A stretch of DNA of 28,761 bases from a virus (IMGVR_UViG_3300037991_004931:1-28761); one strand, 5' to 3'; positions 1-6,791 are shown, counted from the stretch's first letter. The notes: a model not told the origin generated them from the sequence alone. A program made the numbers and translations.

Positions 1-42
1 ATCGCCGACGTGCTCTTCGGGGAGTTGCCAGAGAGGTACTAA
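1..42 (+). CDS. 3' end of an upstream ORF (partial, ...IADVLFGELPERY*)
   Basis: Frame 1 is open from base 1 to TAA at 40-42 and is followed by a non-coding GC-rich structure. Too short to confirm. Confidence 0.4.
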   Translation: MADVLFGELPERY

Positions 43-102
43 CGGGAGGGGCCAGGGGCCAGTTCCCTTCGGGGGGCGCCCCGTTACCCCCGTACCCCGT
101 AC
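40..102 (+). other. GC-rich stem-loop element with C(UUCG)G tetraloop (terminator-like or structured RNA/DNA)
   Basis: GTTCCC-TTCG-GGGGGC (62-77, two G-U pairs), extended by GGGGC 55-59 / GCCCC 78-82. TAACGGG 40-46 is the complement of CCCGTTA 80-86. No U-tract follows on the + strand. Confidence 0.6.
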
Positions 103-148
103 AAAAACCTCTAACTACCCTAATCTATAACGTACCCAATTCGCGAGA

Positions 149-219
149 GAGATATTCCGAGAATCAAAAAATTTTTCGCCATAAAAAACCCCCGAGGCCC
201 CCTCCGAGATATTCCGAGA
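149..219. repeat. Exact 14-bp direct repeat GAGATATTCCGAGA plus CCGAG array
   Basis: Copies at 149-162 and 206-219. CCGAG at 157, 192, 204 and 214. An AAAAAATTTTT tract at 166-176 lies between the copies. Confidence 0.8.
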
Positions 220-227
220 CATATATA
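220..227 (+). promoter_or_regulatory. Putative variant T4-type late promoter (CATATATA)
   Basis: One mismatch from NATAAATA, 21 nt before ATG 249. The same 8-mer precedes gp25 at similar spacing. Confidence 0.45.
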
Positions 228-248
228 AGAGAAAGCAACAATGTATAC

Positions 249-431
249 ATGTCAAATTTTGAAACATCCACCGAAGTACTTTTTGATGAAGTAGACGAAG
301 AGTACATGGTCACAATTCCAGAAGCGATTCTTGAGGAACTCGACTGGAGGGAGGGCGATGTACTGGAATGGGAGTATCACGATTATAATGGACTTCCAGG
401 CCTTCGCCTACATAAGGTAGGAGAAGACTGA
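249..431 (+). CDS. AbrB/MazE/SpoVT-like small DNA-binding protein
   Basis: Motif VTIPEAILEELDWREGDVLEW matches the swapped-hairpin consensus (ITIPxxIxxxLxxxxGDxLxx). Very acidic, 60 aa. Confidence 0.75.
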   Translation: MSNFETSTEVLFDEVDEEYMVTIPEAILEELDWREGDVLEWEYHDYNGLPGLRLHKVGED

Positions 432-476
432 GGGTAATTTCTCAGTCCACTAAAAAAATTTCTCAGTATTTCTTAG
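426..476. repeat. Inverted and direct repeats of (T)CTCAG downstream of the AbrB-like gene
   Basis: GACTGAG 426-432 / CTCAGTC 441-447 inverted repeat. AATTTCTCAGT at 436-446 and 457-467. Degenerate ATTTCTTAG at 468-476. Confidence 0.7.
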
Positions 477-507
477 GTGTTGGGCACCGTAGCGTTTTTC
501 AGATAGT

Positions 508-3500
508 ATGACAAGTCCAAATTCAGGGTTAACATGTCAACCGTCTTTTCAGGAAGTGAAGAAGACTGTTGAATTTTCATGTGCAAGTTCAGTACCAAAT
601 AGCAGGACTGGTGGGTATTCAACACGATATAGTGAGGAGGAGTATGAGTATGTTGATACTGTATACAATGAGCATGTTCCTACATTAACGAATGGTACAT
701 TAAGGGAGAAGTGGGATAATAGTAATGATCCTAGGTATCAACAGTACAATGTAGATACTGGGCAACCGATTTTCGAGAATTATTGTAGAACTGATGCTGG
801 TAGTGATGAAGGATATTTCCAACACTTATGGGAATTTCCTATTGCACATACATCAACTAGGGAAGTTTTAGTTAAGTACGAACCAGTTTATGAAGAAACA
901 ACGACTGGTAGACCAACTACAAATAGAACAGTAGCAACACCAGAGTCTCTTGCAGCACAAGAAGGTGGATGTGTTCGTAAGGTTAAAGTTATCAATAATT
1001 TTACACTTGGTAAGGTATCTACTAATCTAAGTGGGTTACCAAGTGGAGATGATGCTTCATTCATCCAGCTAGTGGGTACAGATGACGTTGCAATCATCTT
1101 TACCTATACAAGTGACACTCGAACTGTATTGCAGGTTGGAGACGTTGTTAACGGTCATACAGTGACCGACGTGGTTAACTTTGCAGATACGAAGGCAGAT
1201 CGTAAGATTGTTCACCGTGTATTAGGTGATAATAAACTCAAACTGAATAATATCAAAGGTATTCAAGTTGGTGATAATGTTACTGGATATGGTAATACCA
1301 AAATTCCTGCAGGCACTACGATTAAATCTATTAATACTAGTGAAAAAACTGTTAAATTAAATTTTAGTGGAGATATTGATGGTCTTGATCGTACCAATCG
1401 TAATAAGATCAGAACTATTTTAGTTCAGGATGCATCACAGAATCAAATTCCAGATACAAATTATTGTTGGGCGAAGTTAGGATCTAGCACTACTGCAGGT
1501 GTTAAGAACCTTTCATTCAAAGTTGAAGGTCCAGGTATTCATTATATGGACTTTGCAACTACTACAACATCTAGTGGTTCATGGACAAATGATAAAATTT
1601 TCAATGAAGGTGGTAATGCTATCTTCAAAAATGGTAGTACTAAGTCAAAAACTGTAGATTTTGATGGTGGATCCCTTGTTATCAAGGCAGAACCCGTCAA
1701 TGATGGTGGTGAGTGGGATTCAAGATGGTATATTGAGTCATTTACTGGTACTTTACCTAAAGTTGGTACTGCATTTCAGACAAAATTTAATGGTGGTAAG
1801 GATAAAGTAACAATTCATTTTAAAGTTACTGGTACTGCACCTACTGTAACTGCAGCATCAGGACCTTTTACCAAAGAAGCAACCTATACTGGGTCTATAA
1901 GTGGTGCAGAAATTAGAGTAAAAGCAGGTTATGGGATTATTGACCGTGCAGCTGCGGTCGGTATTTTCATTAGTAAGAGAAAAGACGTACTGTATACACC
2001 TATTTTCAAGAAACAAACTGATCTGATTCCACAAGAAGTTAAGGAATTGTCTGTTAACTTCCCTGGTTTGGGTACTTTAGAAGAATTTAGAGATGTTGGT
2101 ATTGAAAATCCTGTAGTTGATACTAACTGCGACCCATTTTTGAATCCTCAAGTCAATATTCCTAGTGGTACTGGCAATCAAAATAACAACATTCAACTCA
2201 CTTCATCGAATAATTCCGTAATTTTACAAGCAATTGAGGACAAAATTGATGAAATTTCGTCAACTAGTGATGTTGATGACATGGTAGAGGAGATTGAGAA
2301 GATTTTCAAGGAACAAAATCCCGATCCTACCGTAGATCAGGGTGTTTTAGACAATCTTAGTAGCAATTTAAGGAAAATCAACAAGGCAGAAGACAAAGTT
2401 GCTAAGTCGGAGAAGAAATTTAAGAAGAAATTTGGGGATGCCGATAGATCTGTGTCTCAAGATACCGCATCTAACAAGTTAATCAACGATATTCTCAACA
2501 AAATTGGTGAAATTCCCGATGATTTGGGTGTTTTACTCCCAGCTGATGTTCCACAGAGCATCGATACCGTAGATGGGGAGAATGAATCCGATTTTAACCT
2601 CGTAAAAAACGCATATCGCGACCTTCCCGCGACTCAAGACCGCATTCAGTTCATTGTTGAGGATCTTTCACTCAATGATGACGAATCTTACCTCGATTAT
2701 GGTAAAAGTTCACTCCGAACCACGATTACTTTTGATGTTATTCCGCGTTGGTTACTCGGAACACCTACAATTGGTGATGAAATCTCCGATGAAGCGGAGT
2801 TGAAGATCTCTGGTACGGCTTTGGGTGGTGCTTCACCCGCAAATGACCTTTATTTGTTGGTCAGAGACGTAAATAACTCTGGTGCAATCCAAACTTTTGA
2901 AACTTATGGTGGTTCTGTACCGAAAATGAAGTATACCAATCAATCTGGTACTTCTACTGCGGTTGGAACAAGAGCATCTTTCAATATTACTTCCGCAAGT
3001 GGTAATTATACTGCGACAATCAATACAAATACGACTGGTTATTCCGTAAATGATATTATTATCATCAAAGGTAGTGTGTTAGGTGGTTCCAATAATACTA
3101 ATGACTGTATTATACAAATTACGAGTCTAACAGGTGGTGGGGAGATTAATCAGTTCAGTGTAACAGGTACATCAACTGGTAGTGCTACTTTTAACAATAG
3201 AAGTCATGTAATTGAAGAAGCATCATTTGACGTTAACGTTGAATGGAGTAATACAGATGCAACTACTGATGATATTTACGTTCCAGTCATTAATGATGAC
3301 AATGCTGGTTCTGGTTATCGCGTAAATGACACAATTTCTATTCCTGGTGCGAATTTAGGTGGTGGTACAAATAATGATTGTCTTATCACCGTAACTGAAG
3401 TCGATCCTGAGGGTGGTTTGATTGATTATACCACATCAACTGCGGAAAGACCACAAACTTTATATGCTAACATCTCCGCAAGCTATGCAACCAACACTGG

Positions 3501-4524
3501 TAGTTCAGTTGGCACTGGTGCAACGTTTAATGTACTTAAAGGTGAAAATGCTACTGGATCACCGACATATTTTGTTTCTCTAAACAATGCAGGAACTAAT
3601 TATAACAAAATTGTAGTTCCTACTGGAATAACAGTTGATGTTGTTGATAGAAAAGAAGGTATTTTGCAGATCAATAATGGAGATCTTAACGCATATCCGT
3701 CAAACTTTACAGTAACTTTTGGTGTTTCCGCACCTTCGCCGTTAGTAGTTGGTACTAGTTACAAAGCATCTAAGATATCCGATACTAAGTTCTTTGTATA
3801 TACAGAACAGAACTTTGGTACTACAAATAAAGCTGGTACAAGAATTCCTCCCCTTATTACAAGGATTAGATTGTCTGAATCACTTACAGGTATTAGTGGT
3901 GTTGCATTTGGCACGTTTGGTGTTGCACAAACAGTAAACTACTTGACTGATGGTGGAACTCAGTATGTTGATACCATTGATGTTTCGGCAACTGGTGAAG
4001 TTTACCCTAGTAGAGTGTGGAAAGGTCTTGGTTATGAATATCAAGGTGAATGGATTAAGGAATATGAGTTTAATTTGATTACCACATCTGAAAATATTGC
4101 TAAATCTTCTTTCAATGAAGGAAATCCAATTCAGTCTAAACCAACAACCGCAAAACTAACTAAGAAGTTAAAACCAAAAGCAGATAAGATTGAAGTTGAT
4201 GATACATCACTGTTCTTATCATCTGGTTACCTATTGATTCCTAAGTGGATTCGTAAAACTGAAAATTATCTTGAACTTGGTGTAGAGGGCGTGAATAAAA
4301 TTGTTAATGATAGAAATCACTATTACTATGATGGTGAAGAGATTATCTATTATTCTTCAAAGACAGCAACATCTTTTGAAGGTATTGAAAGATCGCAGTT
4401 TAATACCAGTTATTTGTTTGAAACATCACCAGAACCTTTCGCCAAAAACGGTGGAGTGGTAAATAGTTATCAAAAGGGTTATTCTGTTCAACAGTACTGG
4501 CCTTATCAACCGAAGGAGGAATAA
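508..4524 (+). CDS. Large virion structural protein (baseplate/fibre-associated), 1338 aa
   Basis: Long Gly/Thr/Ser/Asn-rich ORF with three repeats of I.G..LGG....ND. C-terminal module IEVDDTSLFLSSGYLLI...EEIIYYSSKT..F.G..R is shared with gp7. Lies directly upstream of the PAAR-like gene. Confidence 0.7.
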   Translation: MTSPNSGLTCQPSFQEVKKTVEFSCASSVPNSRTGGYSTRYSEEEYEYVDTVYNEHVPTLTNGTLREKWDNSNDPRYQQYNVDTGQPIFENYCRTDAGSDEGYFQHLWEFPIAHTSTREVLVKYEPVYEETTTGRPTTNRTVATPESLAAQEGGCVRKVKVINNFTLGKVSTNLSGLPSGDDASFIQLVGTDDVAIIFTYTSDTRTVLQVGDVVNGHTVTDVVNFADTKADRKIVHRVLGDNKLKLNNIKGIQVGDNVTGYGNTKIPAGTTIKSINTSEKTVKLNFSGDIDGLDRTNRNKIRTILVQDASQNQIPDTNYCWAKLGSSTTAGVKNLSFKVEGPGIHYMDFATTTTSSGSWTNDKIFNEGGNAIFKNGSTKSKTVDFDGGSLVIKAEPVNDGGEWDSRWYIESFTGTLPKVGTAFQTKFNGGKDKVTIHFKVTGTAPTVTAASGPFTKEATYTGSISGAEIRVKAGYGIIDRAAAVGIFISKRKDVLYTPIFKKQTDLIPQEVKELSVNFPGLGTLEEFRDVGIENPVVDTNCDPFLNPQVNIPSGTGNQNNNIQLTSSNNSVILQAIEDKIDEISSTSDVDDMVEEIEKIFKEQNPDPTVDQGVLDNLSSNLRKINKAEDKVAKSEKKFKKKFGDADRSVSQDTASNKLINDILNKIGEIPDDLGVLLPADVPQSIDTVDGENESDFNLVKNAYRDLPATQDRIQFIVEDLSLNDDESYLDYGKSSLRTTITFDVIPRWLLGTPTIGDEISDEAELKISGTALGGASPANDLYLLVRDVNNSGAIQTFETYGGSVPKMKYTNQSGTSTAVGTRASFNITSASGNYTATINTNTTGYSVNDIIIIKGSVLGGSNNTNDCIIQITSLTGGGEINQFSVTGTSTGSATFNNRSHVIEEASFDVNVEWSNTDATTDDIYVPVINDDNAGSGYRVNDTISIPGANLGGGTNNDCLITVTEVDPEGGLIDYTTSTAERPQTLYANISASYATNTGSSVGTGATFNVLKGENATGSPTYFVSLNNAGTNYNKIVVPTGITVDVVDRKEGILQINNGDLNAYPSNFTVTFGVSAPSPLVVGTSYKASKISDTKFFVYTEQNFGTTNKAGTRIPPLITRIRLSESLTGISGVAFGTFGVAQTVNYLTDGGTQYVDTIDVSATGEVYPSRVWKGLGYEYQGEWIKEYEFNLITTSENIAKSSFNEGNPIQSKPTTAKLTKKLKPKADKIEVDDTSLFLSSGYLLIPKWIRKTENYLELGVEGVNKIVNDRNHYYYDGEEIIYYSSKTATSFEGIERSQFNTSYLFETSPEPFAKNGGVVNSYQKGYSVQQYWPYQPKEE

Positions 4525-4525
4525 T

Positions 4526-4855
4526 ATGGTAAGACCAGTACAAGCTATCGGTGGTGCGGACGGACCATCAGTTCTTGGGTGTTGTAAGTGTTTTCCTTTT
4601 GTAGTTACTCCAGTTGTCCAAAAAGAACTTCTCTGTGGACTTCCTGAAAACACCACAGGACAGGTTCTAGTACCCGCTCCTGGTATTAACTGTTGTGGTA
4701 AGGGTTGTAGTCCTTGTGTGTGTCCTAGAGTCGCTCTAGGGGTCAGTAAGGTGTTTATTTGTGGTCGTATGTCATCACACATTGGAGATCCAAACCCACC
4801 ATCAGTTCCAAGACTTAATGTAGCAACTCCTACACCTAAAGTTCTATATGCTTAA
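4526..4855 (+). CDS. PAAR-like baseplate spike tip protein (T4 gp5.4-like), Cys-rich
   Basis: 109 aa. SKVFICGRMSSHIGD resembles the PAAR repeat (S.VFINGKPAARxGD). GGAGGA Shine-Dalgarno just upstream. Position fits a baseplate locus. Confidence 0.7.
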   Translation: MVRPVQAIGGADGPSVLGCCKCFPFVVTPVVQKELLCGLPENTTGQVLVPAPGINCCGKGCSPCVCPRVALGVSKVFICGRMSSHIGDPNPPSVPRLNVATPTPKVLYA

Positions 4856-4877
4856 TCTTTTGAACCTTGGCAGAGTT

Positions 4878-4906
4878 ATTATAGAGACTTTTTGACACTC
4901 TGTCAA
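4878..4906 (-). promoter_or_regulatory. Consensus sigma70 promoter on the minus strand (antisense to PAAR and the 1338-aa gene)
   Basis: Minus strand reads TTGACA (4906-4901) - gagtgtcaaaaagtctc (17 nt) - TATAAT (4883-4878). Confidence 0.75.
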
Positions 4907-4920
4907 GCCTGTGGTATAAT
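4892..4920 (+). promoter_or_regulatory. Consensus sigma70 (early/host RNAP) promoter with extended -10
   Basis: TTGACA 4892-4897, 17-nt spacer, TATAAT 4915-4920 preceded by TGn (4912-4914). ATG follows at 4944. Confidence 0.9.
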
Positions 4921-4943
4921 TAAGAGGTAGTTGACTGATTATT

Positions 4944-5087
4944 ATGGCACGATCCAAAAACCTTAGTGGTGGTTCTTTTGTAGAATCGAAACCTAAGAAA
5001 ACCCGGCAGGGCAGTGGTCAGCATACCAAGTATGCATCTACCTCTCGAAATAATGCTAAAAAACGTTATCGAGGTCAAGGTAAATAA
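4944..5087 (+). CDS. Small highly basic protein, 47 aa (not in ORF track)
   Basis: MARSKNLSGGSFVESKPKKTRQGSGQHTKYASTSRNNAKKRYRGQGK*: 8 Lys and 5 Arg against 1 acidic residue. First ORF after the promoter, with a TAATG stop/start overlap with the next gene. Confidence 0.85.
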   Translation: MARSKNLSGGSFVESKPKKTRQGSGQHTKYASTSRNNAKKRYRGQGK

Positions 5088-5284
5088 TGAAAATACAACT
5101 GTGGTACTCTCAGGGAATGAGTCAGTGGAGATGGTCTCTTACTGACGATAAAAACCAGACTATCCAGGAATCAGGACAAAGACCTGATCTCAGAGATGCG
5201 ATGAACGATATCGCTACCACAGTTGAATATATACTAGACACGAATTATTGTGATGAAAAAGGAAAAACTCAGAGCACAAGTTAA
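5087..5284 (+). CDS. Hypothetical protein, possibly YegP/DUF1508-like
   Basis: Translationally coupled via TAATG. QWRWSLTDDKNQTIQESGQ resembles the YegP/DUF1508 pattern (EWRWRL...NGEIIA.SGEGY). Confidence 0.65.
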   Translation: MKIQLWYSQGMSQWRWSLTDDKNQTIQESGQRPDLRDAMNDIATTVEYILDTNYCDEKGKTQSTS

Positions 5285-5426
5285 GTCCCGATTCTATTAC
5301 TATTTTTGGGGTCTAGCTACCCTCTCTGTGGTCCTAGGACAGATTTATGTTGGTGCTGGGTATCGTTACATGGCCGAGAGTGTAAATACCCTTACATACG
5401 GTCTTTCAAGAGCATTACGTCGTTAA
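5253..5426 (+). CDS. Small single-pass membrane protein, 57 aa (not in ORF track)
   Basis: MKKEKLRAQVKSRFYYYFWGLATLSVVLGQIYVGAGYRYMAESVNTLTYGLSRALRR*: basic N-terminus followed by a hydrophobic segment. TAA 5424-5426 abuts ATG 5427. Confidence 0.75.
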   Translation: MKKEKLRAQVKSRFYYYFWGLATLSVVLGQIYVGAGYRYMAESVNTLTYGLSRALRR

Positions 5427-5612
5427 ATGAATTTAAAAAAAGTGAAGACAACACCACAAAATGTCCAAGAATCAAATGAAGCACTTTTTCGTGCTACAAT
5501 GAACCTCCCAAAAGCTGCAGCACACTGTGGCATGACCCAAAAAGAGATGAAACTTACTTTTTGGGAATTTTTGAAATATAATGAACCAGATTATGAACTA
5601 CCCAGTCCATAA
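5427..5612 (+). CDS. Hypothetical protein with putative HTH (UPF0175-like)
   Basis: ALFRATMNLPKAAAHCGMTQKEM resembles the HTH pattern LY..G.ISLGKAAELAGMS..EF. Coupled to its neighbours. Confidence 0.65.
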   Translation: MNLKKVKTTPQNVQESNEALFRATMNLPKAAAHCGMTQKEMKLTFWEFLKYNEPDYELPSP

Positions 5613-5985
5613 ATTATATTCTACAATTTTATACACTTATCTTGCTCCTAGTAAAGTCTGTGAGGGGATAGGTGTTTTTTCTCTAGTGAATATTCCGAAA
5701 GATACATGCATATTCACTCCATCAAAGCAAGAATATGTTTTATGGACTGATGTTGACCCTCGTTTAAAATCTCAAATAGAAAAACTAACTTATTGCGACG
5801 AAGATGGGTTTTGGATTGATAGTGATTTGGACAAATTAGGTCCTCAGTACTATATTAACCACTCACATAAACCAAATGTTGCATATAATAAAGACACTGG
5901 TAAACTTTATGCTATTAACGACATTCCAGCTGGCGTAGAACTTACTGATTACTATTTTCCAGGAGAAAGAGATTGGCTTACTTAA
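5581..5985 (+). CDS. SET-domain protein (putative protein-lysine methyltransferase)
   Basis: All three SET signature motifs in order: GIGVFS..IPK (SAM-binding GxG), YYINHSHKPN (NHSxxPN) and IPAGVELTDYY (GEELxxxY). Start may instead be ATG 5593. Confidence 0.85.
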   Translation: MNQIMNYPVHKLYSTILYTYLAPSKVCEGIGVFSLVNIPKDTCIFTPSKQEYVLWTDVDPRLKSQIEKLTYCDEDGFWIDSDLDKLGPQYYINHSHKPNVAYNKDTGKLYAINDIPAGVELTDYYFPGERDWLT

Positions 5986-6638
5986 ATCACAGCTTACCTG
6001 ATTGGTCTTGTTACATTCGTAATGAATTCTTGTACAACCACAAAAAAGGACATGGTGAAGTCACCAAGGCTGACGTTCACAGTGTTGCTAGTATAGAGAA
6101 ACGTGTCCCACTATTTGAAGCATTTCTTGAAAATGGTGTTAACTGGACAAGAAGACCTCTACATGCGTTCTGCTGGGACCCAGAAGCAGAGATAGAACCA
6201 TTGGAGGACATTATGTACTGGGATTGTTTTAGTCCTTATATTGATGTACAGAGACGACACAGACTCGCTGGTCTACAAGCACAATTAATTCGACCTGACG
6301 GTAAAAAGGTACTGGGTGACTATATGTTCACTCTAGATTGGTCTTGGGAAAACAAAGGTGTTCCTGACTTGAACTATTCAGAAACTCCTGAACACAAGTG
6401 TGCTCATCTATTTAAGGTAGAGACTGGTAATTATTATGCTTATCCTAATAATAGGATTATCTGGTATGATAATGCTTGGACATTCAATCGTATTGAAAAA
6501 AATCCTGGATTTGAGATTGATACTACTGTTTATAGCGTAGAGAATAAAAGAAAGATTGAAACATCAGATCATTACATGTATGAAATCAAAGATCTAGATG
6601 AAGATGTCGGTAATATCACTATTTTTGAAAATAAATAA
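5973..6638 (+). CDS. Hypothetical phage protein, 221 aa
   Basis: TTG start with AGGAG at 5961-5965, overlapping the SET gene end. Trp/His/Asp-rich motifs (RRPLHAF, WDCFS, EHKCAH, YPNNRI). Confidence 0.8.
   Translation: MAYLNHSLPDWSCYIRNEFLYNHKKGHGEVTKADVHSVASIEKRVPLFEAFLENGVNWTRRPLHAFCWDPEAEIEPLEDIMYWDCFSPYIDVQRRHRLAGLQAQLIRPDGKKVLGDYMFTLDWSWENKGVPDLNYSETPEHKCAHLFKVETGNYYAYPNNRIIWYDNAWTFNRIEKNPGFEIDTTVYSVENKRKIETSDHYMYEIKDLDEDVGNITIFENK
6630..6637 (+). promoter_or_regulatory. T4-type (gp55) late promoter AATAAATA
   Basis: NATAAATA 19 nt upstream of ATG 6657. Marks the return to late-type transcription after the cassette. Confidence 0.55.
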
Positions 6639-6656
6639 CTAAAATGGAGATTGCTA

Positions 6657-6791
6657 ATGGGACTTTCACCTACAGACAAAAGTGAAGAATTTGTAAAGTC
6701 TGGTATGACACTCATAACTCAAGTAGACTCCGACAAATACATGAAGAAGGTGGAAAAAAAGATCAAGGAAAAGAAAGAACCTAAAAGCTAG
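6657..6791 (+). CDS. Small hypothetical protein, 44 aa (not in ORF track)
   Basis: MGLSPTDKSEEFVKSGMTLITQVDSDKYMKKVEKKIKEKKEPKS*. GGAG at 6646-6649. Fills the gap before gp25. Confidence 0.7.
   Translation: MGLSPTDKSEEFVKSGMTLITQVDSDKYMKKVEKKIKEKKEPKS

Noticed and set aside
40-480. CRISPR mini-array or tRNA in the repeat-rich intergenic zones
   Set aside because: Repeats are only 11-14 bp with two copies each, there is no repeat-spacer periodicity, and no cloverleaf or T-loop consensus was found.
508-4524. Calling the 1338-aa protein gp5 (tail lysozyme/spike) because it precedes PAAR
   Set aside because: No gp5 OB-fold, lysozyme or beta-helix repeat motifs were recognised.
4426-4782. 118-aa minus-strand ORF about 90 nt downstream of the leftward sigma70 promoter
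   Set aside because: Lies entirely antisense to PAAR and the 1338-aa gene, has only a weak SD and no recognisable motif. Treated as a shadow ORF, but worth revisiting if the antisense transcript is confirmed.
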